NCBI GenBank assembly: GCA_013265495.1
Contig: MU063123.1
Location: 4,559,542-4,623,541, forward strand
Direction of reading: 5' to 3'
DNA length: 64,000 nucleotides
Source: Vicugna vicugna
Lineage: Eukaryota
Position numbers and translations under genes: made by a program
The notes under the pieces: generated by a model
Told to the model about the DNA's origin: nothing
What the model saw: only the letters and a program-made list of their open reading frames with translations
Database searches by the model: none
Shown: positions 47,741 to 61,000 of the stretch, piece after piece
Numbering within the stretch: the first letter of the stretch is position 1
How the letters are laid out: each line of letters begins with the position of its first letter

Positions 47741-47933
47741 GCTACCTGGTGGACAGAGTTTGTCCTCTCTCTACAGAGGACACTGTCCACTCCCCAACTA
47801 ACAGATTTTCTTTTTTATTTTTTAGGGGAATGTACTTTTGTTTGGTTAGTCACCGTTGTATAGAGCCCAGACTCTATAAGGTTCCATGTTAACACATGGA
47901 GTTTTGTCTGATACTAAAGAAAATCATTTCTTT

Positions 47934-48079
47934 TTTCTTTCTTTTTTACTTTTTTTTGGGGGAGGGAGGTAGTTAGGTTTATTTATTCATTTATTTTTAG
48001 AGGAGGTGCTGGGGATTGAACCCAGGACCTCATGCATGCTAAGCATGCAGCTCTACCACTTGGGAGCTATACCCTCCCC
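47934..48079 (-). mobile_element. tRNA-Ala-derived SINE
   Basis: Reverse-complement tRNA-Ala head (GCATGCTTAGCATGCATGAGGTCCTGGGTTCAATCCCCAGC); flanked by a 27-bp direct repeat at 47907-47933 and 48080-48106. Confidence 0.88.
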
Positions 48080-49618
48080 TCTGGTACTAATGCAAATCAC
48101 TTCTTTCAGGTACAAAATAAAAAACAAAACCCCAAACCGAAATAAATCAGAAACAAAATCCCCAAATCCCAAAGGTTACAGCTTCTTTGACTTTTTGACA
48201 TTAACTAGTTTCATATCTAACCCAGAAATTTTATTTTACCATTCTTTACTCAGTGCCTATAATATTTAATCTCTCAAAATCTCTTTGAACTGCCTTTACC
48301 ACACTGTTGATTCTCGCTTAATTAGGTAAATAAATTGTAAAAAAAAAAAGGGTAAATAAATGCATCTTCACTTTATGTTTTTGAAAGTGAATAAATGAAA
48401 TAACATCTTAACTTATTCAACATTATACCTTGCCACATGACTTCACACTGACCATCAATTTCCAAACCAACACCACACGGTTTGTTTTAAAGTTCCCTCT
48501 CCGTATTGGTAATTCCCCTTGCCAACAATGAAAAAAAATGGCTTCCGTTGTTCTTAATACATTTCTTCACTTACTTAATACAAGAGTACACAGAAAGTAG
48601 TTTTAAATTGCTAACCCATTCTGCTATGAAAATCAGAACTGCCAAGCAGTGTTCAATATTTGTTTACAGTTCTTTCTGACTTGACTGAGGATAATGGTCC
48701 AAACGCTGTGGGTAAATCTCTTGGATTAGTCTTCCTTTTTCCTCCTGTCTGACAGGTCCTTTCTGAGGCTGAAATCTGATCAGAATAGGACTGGTGTGCT
48801 TTATTCCACACTTGTAGCTAGAGCGTTATTTGGTGTGGAAGTTCCTTGCATGTGAAAATAGATCCTTTCTTACTTTTTGTTCAAAGTGGCCATGTAAATA
48901 CAAATATCAAATACACGTGGAACAGAATTTAAAAAAAAAAAGTTGTGTTGTGATCACATCCCAGAAATTGTGCAATTTACCAATGACATAATTTTACTAG
49001 CCTCTTGCCAATATCTTAACTACACATTAGTTCTTCCTGTCCCACATGGAAAATGACAGTTTTGGCACATTTTAATTAATTCTAGATATTTTTCTCTGAT
49101 AAGTTGATATCCCTCCAGAGAACCCCGGATAATAAAAAGCAGCCCCAATTCTCTGGAGTTGGGCCGTTCAAAGCCAGTTTTAAATAAGAGGTTGAATGAT
49201 GTTCCTGACTGTTCAATTTTTTATGTGGTGTTAGGGTACTTCTGGTGGCAAGGGATTCTTTTTTAATGATTCATATAAATGATAGCTTAATTTTTAGTTT
49301 TTAATAGCCAGGCTGTGTATTTTGTTCACATTGGTGTCATGAACAAGATTCTAACAAAGCCCAGCTGGGTACAAAATTTGGAGTTTATCTTTAGGCTCCC
49401 GAACCCCCTTTCATCACCCTTCCCCACCTTAATGGTGTTCTCTCCATTTTCTGTGTATGGAGTGCCCTAAGCTCTCTTCTTATGCATTTTAGGATCATTC
49501 ATAAAAGGATCTGAAATTTACTAACATTAAGGTAAATAACAGAGAGTGGCTTATGGTATTACCCTTCTCTTCTAAATTCCTATGGGACAACCAAGTTAGT
49601 GGCACGTGGCCTCACCCT

Positions 49619-49951
49619 CAGGGCCGGCTACATATATTAAATTTAAATTTTAAAATGTAATAGGGGTAATAGTCATACCCGAGTAACAATATAAACCTGA
49701 AAACTGCAAAAATGTACTATTTTTGGTACCATAATTTTATATAATACAAAGAATAAGAATACTTTTTTTAATGTGACATATTGATTGATGATAAGATTTT
49801 CCTGGCTTACTTTTCTGCAGATTCATTCATTAGGCCATCACAACTTATCCCCTCAAGATGGTGACAGCAGAGCACTGAAGCAAGAGTGGGGCCCTCCTGA
49901 GAGCAGGCCCTGTGCAGCTGCCCAGGCTGCACACACACGAAGCTGGCCTTG
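49619..49951 (-). mobile_element. MER45-like hAT-Tip100 element
   Basis: Terminal inverted repeats CAGGGCCGGCTT (49619) and AAGCTGGCCTTG (49940-49951); the reverse complement of the right end resembles the recalled MER45 5' end. No convincing TSD. Confidence 0.6.
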
Positions 49952-50556
49952 CCTGCTCTGCTGCCAGTTGGGTTCTCCAGAAGTAGAAGCTGAGATGGAG
50001 TTCGGCAGGCAGAGTATTTACTAGGGGTCCACATCTGTGAATGGAAGGAGGAGGGTGTCTCTGTCAGAGGGAGAAATCAAAATGTCACAGAGTTGCGACC
50101 AAATTTTGGCCAGTCCCATGCGGTGCTCTGGGCCATCCACAGCCCATAAGAAATGCCAGGTTGGGCCAAAATGTCTTTAAACCCTTGCCCATATCAGTCT
50201 TTGGAGGACTGCTCCAACTGCAGGCAGAGTGATTAGCAGAAAGTTTCCAATTCTCAGCTCCATTAGGGCCTGTCTTAGTTGCAGAGAGCCACCTCCTCCA
50301 AGGACATGCCTTTCCCACCTCGACCCACATCCTGCTTTGTCTTCCGAAGAGAATGTTAACAAACCAAAGCCAGCCACAGGCATATGGTAACAATCACAAC
50401 CAACAGCTTGGGTCTGTCCCATGAATAGAGGGTTGGTTTAACATTGGGGAATCAGGGAATCAACCACTGATTAACTGATCTACATTAAAAGAATGACACA
50501 TAAGGTTACAGATACAGAAAAGTTGGAAATAAAATGATGGGAAAAGATAAATCATG

Positions 50557-51003
50557 TGTCAATGAAAAAGTAAACAATCTAAGAAAGACATGGAAAATTT
50601 CATTCGAGCCAAATTGAGGGTTATAACCCGGGAGCAGCATCTCAGAAAGCTCCAAGAACTGTTCTGCTCATTAGAAGTCAAAGCACAGTTATATATGTTT
50701 TTGGAGACACAGGACTGTAACTTATGATGTATTATTGCCAGTTTACACAATGCAGATCTAAGTGTTGTTGGGGCCCCTTACAAGATCAAGAGAGAATGTT
50801 ATCTTTTAAGGAGTTGTCTTGCTGATGCGAGGAGAATGTTGCTCTTTATGGCTGAGCAGGTATTTCTGCCAGTGGCGGAGGTTTGGGTGATGCAAAATGC
50901 AGACACACGATGCACAGTAAAGGGTAGAGAGAAGGCCAAAGAGCAGAGAATTTTTTTTTATGTTTAAATTTTTCTTGTCTTAAAATATGAAGTTTATTTC
51001 ACA
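50557..51003 (-). mobile_element. Solo LTR (447 bp) inserted in an L1 endonuclease remnant
   Basis: TG...CA termini with exact TSD CATG (50553-50556, 51004-51007); flanks rejoin as L1-like GAAAAGATAAATCATGTAAAC. Orientation is inferred. Confidence 0.75.
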
Positions 51004-52949
51004 CATGTAAACATGAGTGAGAAGGAAGCTGGCATAACTTTACTAATGTCAAACAAAATTAACTTTAAGGCAAAAGCAGAAGAGAAAGGGGGCGCATCTG
51101 GTAATAATTAAAGCTCAAATCATGAAGACATTTAAAGGGGAGGAAGAAGCATCGCTGAAAGGAAGGGTGGCAAAGAAGATGGAGGAACTTGGGTGTCTCA
51201 GGAAGGGCAAAGCCGCCTCCTCCTCCTACCTCTTCCATCAGCAGCAGACAGATATTTCAGTTTAATTTTGTTCACTTAGTGCTTCAGTGTGTAGTTGAAA
51301 TAAAATTTTTAAAAATGAAGAAAGGAAGAAAGAAAGGAGGAAGGAAGGAAGAAGGAAAGAGTTATCAAGTGAAGAAAAGTCAAGGAGGAAATTTACGTAC
51401 ATTTTGCTAAGGGAAAGAACCCAATCTCAAAAAAAAAACATACTGTATGATTCCAACTATATGACATTCTGGGAAGGGCGAAACCATGGAGACTGTAAAA
51501 ATATGGTTGCTGGGTGTTTGGGGGAAGTGAGGGAGGGACGGATAGGTGAAGAATGGGGTATTTGTAGGGCAGTGAAACAATTCACTATGGTAGTGTAATG
51601 GTAGATTAAGTCATTATACATTTGATCAACCCATAGAATATGTGACACAGAGTGTACCCTTGGGTAAACTATGTTAAAATAATGTATCCATGTTGGCCCA
51701 TCAGTTGTAATAACTGTATCACACTAATGCAAGATGTTAATAATAGAGGGAACTGTGTGGGTAGGGTAGGGTGGGAAGGGAAGGGTATGTGGGAACTCTC
51801 TATACTTTCAATCTTTCTGTTAAAACTTCCATAAAGAAAGAATGTCTCCTAATTAAAAATTATTATTACTAGAAGAATGTATACAGATTCTTTTTGGTAC
51901 AAGTAACAGAAACTAACTCAAACTAAGTCAAAAACAAAGGTACACGCATGATAAGATCCTGAGGGTGTGGGGGCCGCCGAGTGGTGTGTTAAATCCAAGG
52001 TCACAACAAAGCATCTGAAGTTCTTAGCAGAAAGGAAACATGAAGGCGCAGACAGGACCCCAAACTGAATCCCCACCATGGATGAGCTCACTGAGGACAC
52101 GGATGTGATGGTGGTACTCTGAGAGATCTTGCTGCCGGTGACAGTGGGAAAGCTGTGAGTTCTCCTGGCAGACCTACAACGTGTACATGGCCCCTCAAGA
52201 TCAGCTTCTTGATGACAAAGAATGCGGCAGATTTGTGGCAGGGCCGGGGATAGGAGGCCTCAAGCGGAGTCCTCACCTGGTTTGTCTCTCCACCCCTTCT
52301 CTTTCTCCAACCCCATTTTCTCTCAGCTTTCTCAGTACTAATCTCAATCCCACATATGCAAGAAGGCCTGCAATATACAGAAGCAATCTCACTGGTCAGT
52401 AACGGAAACTCTCTTTTAAAAGACAAATGAGTCAAAAGGAGTCTAGGAGTAGAATGGTGGTTGCCAGGGGCTGGGGGAAGCGGAGTATGGGGGAGGTTAT
52501 TGTTTAGTGGATACAGAGTTTCAGTTGAGGAAGAGGAAAAGTTCTGCATGACAGCGATGTTCGTAAGACAAGGTGGATATACATAATGCCAGAATTGTAC
52601 ATGTAAATGGTTAAAGTGGTAAATTTTATCTTATGTGTATTTTACTTCAATAAAAATTTTTTTTAAAGTAAGTGCATGATACAGATTCCGGAATATTATG
52701 GGAAAACCAAGGGTAGAATACTTATATGTCTCAGAGGACAAGTGAAGCAGAGACTCAAATAACAGTAGAATCCTCTTTCCAAATTTTGGCTCTCTGGCCA
52801 TCATGACAAGAAGGAGGGGAGGGAGAGTATTGAAGTTCTGCTTCTTATAGTTTCAGCCTTCAGATTCAAGTCCAAAATCCAGGGAAAGGACCCACTAGCA
52901 CACCTTGGATCAGATGTACTTCCCTGCACCAATCAGCTATGAGCAAAAC

Positions 52950-55200
52950 GGTGTCTACGGCACCAGGGCGATGGGCTATGTAGTGGTCAGGTTTCATAAA
53001 TGCTCCACGTGCCCTTGAAAAGAATGCATAGTCTGCTGTTGCTAGGTGCAGCCTACTACATATGCCAATGAGGCTAAGTTTGTTCATTGTACTGTTCACA
53101 TCTTCGCTATCCCTACTGATAGTTATGTCTGCTTGTTCTATCAGTTACTAAAAGTATTATATTAAAATCTCACACTAAATGGGGAGGGGCTAGCTCAGTG
53201 GTAGAGTGTGTGCTTAGCAAACATGAGGTCCTGGGTTCAATCCCCAGTACCTCCATTAAAATAACTAACTAAATAAATAAACCTAATTACCCCCCTCAAA
53301 AAAGCAAACAAATAAATAAAAAACCCCAACTACCTCCCACCCAAAACATTAAAAAATTAAATCGCACACTAAATTGCATTTTTTCCCCATTTTTTGTCCT
53401 GCCAGTTCTTACTCTATTTTGAGCCTGTGTTGTTCTGAGTATACAAATTTAAAATTATTACTAGAGCTTCCTGATGAATTAACCTTTTATTATTATGAAA
53501 TAATCTCCCTTTATCTCTAGCAATGTTTTTTGCTTCAAAGTATACTTTTTTCTGATACCAGTATTGCTGTACCAGTTTTCTTTTGATAAGTATTTGCATG
53601 TATTTTCTTTCTTCCTTTTTTTAGTTTTAAACTTTCTATAACTTTACAATTAAAGTGTATCATTTTGTGATGGTTTTTAACTAGTCTGAGAACTTCGTGT
53701 CATTTAGATTTAATGTAATTCCTGATACATTTGCATTTAAACCTGTCTTCCTGCTTTTTATTTGTCCCATCTATTCTAGTCTATGCTCTTTTCTCTCTCT
53801 TTTTGATTTCTCTTGGATTGATTAACTATTTTTAAATATTCCATTTCACCATGAGGTTGGCTAATTACACACTCTATTATTCTTTTAGTGGTTACTCTAG
53901 ATATTGTACCACACATCTTTGTTTCATTAAAATCTAATATGAATGAATACTTCCACCATTGTCTGGACAATGCAAAGATAGAACACTTAAATTTCTTTTA
54001 CCTCCTCCTGAATTCTGTGTTTTTGTAATCATGTATTTTCATTTTCTCTATATTTAAAATCCCATAAAACATCATCATTACTGTTATTTTTACAGTCAGT
54101 TTTCATTTGGATATACATGCATGTTTACCTCTTTGCAATTCATCCCTCCTTGCACCCCAGGCCTTTTATTAGGAGTCACTTTTCTGCTTAGAGTTCACTC
54201 AGTTTTGTCTGCTCAAAAGGATTTTTTTTAAAAAATCTGAAAGTATCTTTATTTTAGCTTAATTCTTGAAGGATATGTTGGCCAGGTATAGAATTATAGG
54301 TTGGTATGTATTTTCTCACAGCAATTGAATATTTCATTCCATTGTATTCTGACCTCCACTGTTGCTGTTGAGAAAGTCAATTATCAATCTGTTCTTTTGT
54401 TGAGGTCATATTATTTTCTTAGGATATTTAAAAGATTTTCACATTTCTCTGGTTTTCTGGGTTTTCCATGATGTGTCTTGATATTGATTTCTTTTTATTT
54501 ATCCTGGCTGGACTTTATTGGGCTTCTTGAATCTGTGGTTTGATGATTTTTATCAGTCTGGAAAATTCTCAGTCATTGCGTCTTCAAATACCCTCTACCT
54601 CATTCTCTCTCTCCTCTCCTTTGGAAATTCAATTATATGTTATTATACCTTATTGTACTCTTTATGTCTCTAACCCTATCTTTTTGTGTTTCACATCCTT
54701 TTATCTTTCTGTGCTTCAGTCTTCTGATCTATCTTCCAGTTCACTAATTTTCTCTTCTGTTGTATCCAACCTACTGTCAAATATGTCCAGTGAGTTTTAT
54801 TTGGGTTACTGAATCTTTCAGTTCTTGCAATTCGTTTGCCTCCTTTTCAAATCCATGATGTAACTTCTTATAGTTTCCTGGTCATGCAAATCTTTTAAAG
54901 TTTGTGTTTTATTGGTTTAATTATAGCAATCTTAGATATTTTACAAAAGAAAATTCTTAAAGCTTAAGTCGTTGTAGGTCTTTCTGTTGTTACTTATGGC
55001 TCTTGATAAATATTGCTTTTGAAAAATTACTTATAGGAATATTAAAAGACCTAGGATGATATTATCTTTCTCTAGAGAGGCTTTCATTTGTTTCAGCCAG
55101 GCTCCTGGGTCTAGTCCAGGACCACTTTTGTCACCCTTCAAGGCTTGAGGTTCCCTGGACAGGTCATTTGGATTCAGGATGCAATTCTAAGTGACAATTT
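52950..55200 (-). mobile_element. Old L1M relic (ORF1/endonuclease region), interrupted by a SINE
   Basis: ORF 53414..53599 (KVYFEAKNIARDK...IHQE..IILNLYTQNN) is a decayed L1 ORF2 endonuclease segment; T-rich on the plus strand. Confidence 0.75.
53181..53358 (+). mobile_element. tRNA-Ala-derived SINE within an old L1
   Basis: GGGGAGGGGCTAGCTCAGTGGTAGAG...GGTTCAATCCCCAGTACCTCC; 16-bp TSD AAATC(T/G)CACACTAAAT at 53165-53180 and 53359-53374. Confidence 0.88.
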
Positions 55201-55711
55201 ACTTCTGGTTTGCCTTTATCTTTAGGAGGTGAAACTTCAGGGTCTAATTTCCAGTGTGGGAGGGTGTTGGACTTCTTACCTTAGTTGGGTTCTGTGCCAC
55301 GACTCTTGTTCCCTTCTTCCCACAGGGCTGCTGAAACTTCAGCTTAGTTTTAAAGCTATTTCTCAGTTGTTCCTTCAGAAGCAGCAAAAACAGATGTATA
55401 AACAAACAAACACCCTCAGGGCAAAAGCAACTTTGCAGACATGACTTATCTCTCAAGTCTTGCCTTCCTAGAATTTAATTTGGTTCCCTCTCGTTAACTT
55501 TTAATGCTTTTAAAATTTTAACACTTTCATCCAGCTTTTTTTTTGTGTCCTTAGTGGGCTGTTTTGAATAACCTAACCTTTCTTTTGCTTTTATTTTATT
55601 CTATTTTTACCCTCTTGTTATGGAACATGTACAACATATACAAAAGTAAAGACAGAAGCAGAATGAACATCCCTGTACTCATCACTCAGCTTCAAGAATG
55701 ATTAATTCCCC

Positions 55712-55802
55712 GGGGGTGGATATAGCTCAGAGGTAGAGCAAATGCTTAGCATGCAGGAGGTTCTGGGTTCAATCCCCAGTACCTCTATTAAAAACACAAA
55801 AA
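55712..55802 (+). mobile_element. Short tRNA-Ala-derived SINE or retro-tRNA (head plus A-tail only)
   Basis: GGGGGTGGATATAGCTCAGAGGTAGAGCAAATGCTTAGCATGCAGGAGGTTCTGGGTTCAATCCCCAGTACCTCTA, then an A-rich tail; 17-bp TSD with 3 mismatches at 55694-55710 and 55803-55819. Confidence 0.85.
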
Positions 55803-56941
55803 AACAATGATCAACTCCCTCAATTTCTTGTTTATTTACTCAACCTTGCTCATTCTTCCTTTTTTCTCTTTCTTCTGAATATTTTAAATCAAAAGGCAGA
55901 AAAATATAATTTTAATAGAAAATACCTTAGTGTGAGTGTTTATCAGTTAGATTTAAAAATATATATATTTAAAATATATAAACATATATATATACAATAA
56001 AAATATCTACAATATCTTATCATATGCAAAAAAATTAACAGTAATTTCTTAATATCACATAGTACCCATTTCAGTGAAGGTTGCAAAATGGTGACTTCGA
56101 ATTCTATTATTTGTTCTCTTATTAGTTGCAATTCTTCTATACAGAAAAGCTTCGCTTTATAGTTTTCCACACAGGAAAGACAGGATAAATGCATGTCTCT
56201 TTCCCTTTATCCCTTCTCAGAGGGCCCTGGTCATTTAGAAATACATTTAAAATAGTCTTTGTAAGTGTTTTCAGAACAACCAGCTAGACCACCCTCCTGA
56301 GGAGGGAAACAAGAAAAGCATGCTACCACACAGACACTGTTAACACCAAACACTTGGTTTTAAAAGAATCCACAAGGCCGGCTGGGATGAAACACGGATC
56401 TAGGGGGCAGCAGAGACCACCAGCTGCTGGAGCCAGAACACCTTGGCTTTGATCCCTTTACAAATTCCTTGCCACTTACGGTTACTGCTTGCAGCTCTCA
56501 TTTCAGCTAGCTAGAATCTCAGCTGTCGTGAGAAGCCACATCCGCGTCACGGCTGCAGGGATGAGCCCGGGCTCTCGCTGGTGCTCTGGCCCTTGCTACC
56601 TGCTGCTGGAAGGAGAGTCTCACTCCTGCCCAGCCGCCGGAACGCGGCCGCCCTTGTTAAGGCAGCCCCCACCAATGCGCCCAGGGTGCATTCTGCATGT
56701 TTCCAAGCGATCATTTGTTTCTTTGAACAGTGTCAGTATAGAATCTTAAGATAAGAGCGTGAGCTTTTAGGTAAGACAAACCTTCGGTCAAGTCTTGATG
56801 TTGCTGCTTATGAACTGTGTGATGACACTCAGCTCCCACAGCTGTAAAACGAAGCTGATGAGAGCAGCTACCGCACGGGGCTGTCTTTGCTGAAACAAAA
56901 CATGGTGGAAGTAAAGGGATCAGCCAGGGCTCTGATGCGCA

Positions 56942-56989
56942 GCGCGTGCGTGCGTGTGCACGAGCGTGCGTGCGTGCGTGCGTGCGTGC
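56942..56989. repeat. (TGCG)n alternating purine-pyrimidine tract
   Basis: GCGCGTGCGTGCGTGTGCACGAGCGTGCGTGCGTGCGTGCGTGCGTGC, read directly. Confidence 0.95.
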
Positions 56990-59900
56990 TTGGGCGCATG
57001 CGCAGTGATCACTAAGGAGCGCCCGTCACCTTCCCCAGGTATGGCATGTCCCAGGTATGGTTTGTCCCAGCTCCAGGGCTGATGGCTGTGTTAAGTTTGC
57101 TCGGGAGCCGAACGCCTCTAGACAAACGTAGTCTGGTTGAGCGCATAGCGGAGCTGTGTGTTCCAGGCCCCCCACGCCCTCTGTGTCAGATGAGCAAAGG
57201 AAGACCTGTGGGAAAAGTGACTTCTCCCGAGGACCGTGAGGACGGGACAGAGCAGAGACTGGAATCCAGATCTACTGACTCTTGGTTGATTGCCCTTATT
57301 GGCTGCATCTAAATTACTATTTTGTCTAGATCCTCCTAGCCTTTCCCTAATCCCTTCTTACATTGTCCTGGTTTAAGTCATACTTTTAAACCTTTTCAGA
57401 GAATCACACATGAAATAAGAGCCCTTAGGATACCTGTGTACTTAAATTCCTATAATTTTACCCATCATGGGCCTAATTATACTGTCTCTTGGCAATCCAA
57501 GGATGTGAGATACAAAGCCTGAATATAACTTGTATGTTTAGCTAGTTATTCATTCATCAAACATGTATTGAATGTTATGTGTCAGGTATTGGGCCACAGG
57601 AAAGGGGATTGTGATAATGGGGGAGGGTGAGTGGAGACACAGGGATGAAACATGCAGTCACTGCAGGCAAGGAATTTCAACTCATTGGGAGGAGTGAAGG
57701 AGACATGAAACCAAGAAGTAAACCAATGATTACAATTCAGTGTAGTGCGTAGGGTGGCCTTTACCTTGAGAGCCTTTCTGGAAGATTGATACTTGAACTT
57801 AATCTGGAAAGATGAGTCACGGCAAAGCAGGGAAAGAATAGGGTGACTGTCACTTCAGTTTGAGGGAGGATGGGGTGTAAAAAGGCACGATGGGTCTGGT
57901 GGAGTTTCTCTAAATTCTGGATGGAGGCGGAATGGGCAGATAGGGTCGTGGTGATGGGGCTGGGGCAGGAGCCAGGTGCTGAGAGCCACGGTGCCATGCC
58001 AAAGAAATGGGACATCATCTTTAAGGCAAGATGAGGAGTGTTGAAATACTTAGAGTAACATCAGACTGGAGATTGGAGAGATTTGGGAAATTTACATGAC
58101 TCTTGCCGTGATCCAGGCTAGAAGACATAAAGAATTGTACTTAAGCTGTGGCTGTGGTCATGGAGAAGAAGGAAGTAACTCAAGGGACATTTAGGAGAAA
58201 CATTGGATAGGACATATGTTTAAACAGTAATCATGAGAAGAATCTACACTGATGTTTGGAATCAACCTTGAAAAATTGCTATAATGTGTCTTAAGTTACC
58301 ACCTGGCTTTTAAAACTTCAGCTTGGGGCATTCCTCTCAAGTAGGCTGGAAATTGGAAGTCTGATAAACACCCAGGAATATTTTTTTCTTACTTTGCCTT
58401 CCCTTTGAAAAACTCAGTGGAAAATTCAGTGTTCTCTTTGTCCTAGTAATATGGGGGGCTGGAGATGAGAACCTTGGCTGGTTCCCAGTGCAGCCTCTAG
58501 CCTGCAAGGGAGAAATGATTGGGGGGCTGTGGACACCTTCCTCCCATCCAATTTCATGCCAAGCCCTGCTATGGCACCAGGGTCGTCAGATTTGAGACTC
58601 CTTGGGCAAAATTCCCAACCCATAAATATCTCCCCCTCTGCCTGCTGTGAGAATTTTTTTTTCTGTCAGTGTTCAAAACTAGATTAATTATAAACCTTGA
58701 TTCATGACACACACTCCTCAGTAGTCCATGTGTAGACTAACCTTTACTTTCTTTAATTTATTATTAATAGTATAACAAACTCCACCACCCAACCCAAGAA
58801 TGAAAGCATAACCTAAAACTTACACTACTCTGTACTCCTCTCCCATCCCAACTCCCCTGCTTCAGGACAGGGAAGGAACAACCATTCTAATCTTTGTGCA
58901 CATCTTTCCTTATTTAGTGTGTTTTAATTTGTATTTTTGTATATATGTGTCCCCCCCCACCCCATTCAAAATTTCCCCACTTCCTCATTAGATGGTTGAT
59001 CAGAGTGGAGACTTGCTTCCGTATCTGGCTTTCCATGGCCTTGTTTTCTAACCCAGACTGAGTCAATACCATTCCCAGCTTTTTTTTTGGCCCAGTTTTT
59101 TCTTTTCTAAGAAGTAGTTTTTTTTTTTTTTTGAGGAAATCCTGTTTCCCCTATTTACTTAAAACATGAGTCTAGAACTGTTAGAGCTCTAGGAGTGAGT
59201 GGGAGAGGGTCTCCTGGCTGTGTCTCCCGTCCCAGCTGCTCCCGGACATGCAGAGGAGGGAACCTTGGCATTTCATCTCCCCACCTGTCCGGTCCCACTA
59301 CCACTGTCCTATTTAGGCTGTCATCAGTTTAGAGTGACTGCCTCTTAACTATAGAGGAAAATTCCACGTTCAAAGCTCCTGCCCTTTTATCTTGTCCATC
59401 TCCTCATCCCTTAGTTCAGCCTCTGGGTCATTGATAATTCTGCTTTTCCTCCTGCTGCTCCTCTGGTCTCAAATGCCCGTTTCTCACTGCCCTTTTTCAA
59501 ATCTTAATTATCCTTTAAGTCCCTTATTCTTCAGGATCCAGCTGGAATGCCACCTCCTCCATGAAGCCTTCCTTTTTGTCTGTCCCCTTGGAGTTGGTTA
59601 CTCCTTTCTTGGAGTGTTGCTCTGTCTCTCCTATAACGTTGAAGTTCCTTGCGGGCAGGAGTGGGGTTTATTAGTCCTTTGATCCTTCTGTGTAGTGTCT
59701 ACTCAGCCCCTGTCCAGCAAAGCATCAGTGTGCAGAAAGCTTGTGGGTTGGACGGCCACGTGGTCAATGGGCTTCTTTCTCTCAGGCCTCTCAACCTATT
59801 GCCCCGACCCGGGCTTTCCACCGGTAAGCAGTGTAGGTCCTGTGTCGTGGGAAGAACATGGAATTTAAAATCAGAAGACCTGGGGTCAAGTTTGCCACAT

Positions 59901-60349
59901 GAGTGCCCTTGAGTTAGCCTTACAAGACAATCTAGCTGTAGACTTGCTATGATCTCTAATCAGCCATGGACTTGAAACGTAGTCACAAATCTAAGTATTC
60001 ACAGCGTTACTTAGTCACACTGGGTCCGCAGGATCGGAGTTGGCCACTGGAGGGCAGTCTCAGCTGGTCTCCCAACTGGGCTTGACAGGGCCCACACCTT
60101 CCTGCCAGGGAGGAGGGCCTGGGGTGGGGGGTGATACGTGCTCCCACCAACCTGGAGAGCGATGAGCCCATACACCTGGCCCACCCAGCCTTCTTTTTCC
60201 TCCGGGCTGGTGAGATAGTGTTCAGTCTTACAGCCCTGGGACTCTTCGGCGTGATGGGATACTTGCCGTCCTGGGCCGATGGGGAACCATCTTTTTCTTA
60301 GACATCATTGATGAATGCGTGGATCACAGCAGGCCGTTGCCCCTGTAAT

Positions 60350-61000
60350 ACTCTTTTATTTTAAAATTTTAATTGAGATATAATTCACATAACAGGAAAC
60401 TCATCATTTTAATGTATACATTTCTGTGATTTTTATTATATTCACTATATTGTGCAAACATTACTATTACCTACTTCCAGAACATTTCTATCACCCCCAA
60501 AAGAAACCTTGTACCTATTTGTAGTCAGTCCCAGTTCCCCTCTCTGCTCAATTTCTGGCAACCAATAGTCTACTGCATTTCTGTGTTTTTACCTATTCTG
60601 GATATTTTATATAAGTAGAATCATACAACATGTGGCCTTTTGTGGCTGGGTTCTTTCACTGAGCATATTTTCAAGGGTCATCCACGTTGAAGCATATGTG
60701 AGTATTTCATTCCTTTTTATGGCTGAATAATATTCAATTGCATGGCTGTACTACATTTGGTTTATCTCTTCATCTGTTTGTGGACATTGAGTTGTTTCCA
60801 CTTTTTGGCTGCTGTGAATAATGTGTTACGAGCATTGGAGCACAAGTTTTGTTGAGTTTTCAATTCTCTTTCAGTTCCCTGGCGGGGAATGTTACAAGAA
60901 GTTAGCATTTTGAGGAACTGCCAGACCGTTTTCCAAAGTGCCTGTTCATTTTCCATTCCCACCAGCAGGGCACAAGAACCCTGTAACACTCTTGACATTG
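60350..61000 (-). mobile_element. L1MB-like 3' end
   Basis: TAATTGAGATATAATTCACATA, CAGAACATTTCTATCACCCCCAAAAGAAACC, CATTCCTTTTTATGGCTGAATAATATTC, TTCCCACCAGCAG. Confidence 0.75.

Noticed and set aside
55712-55790. Apparent tRNA-Ala(AGC) gene, and similar heads at the seven other SINE sites
   Set aside because: Acceptor and/or anticodon stems are broken, and each copy has an A-rich tail or 3' unique segment and a TSD. These are retroposed SINEs, not functional tRNA genes.
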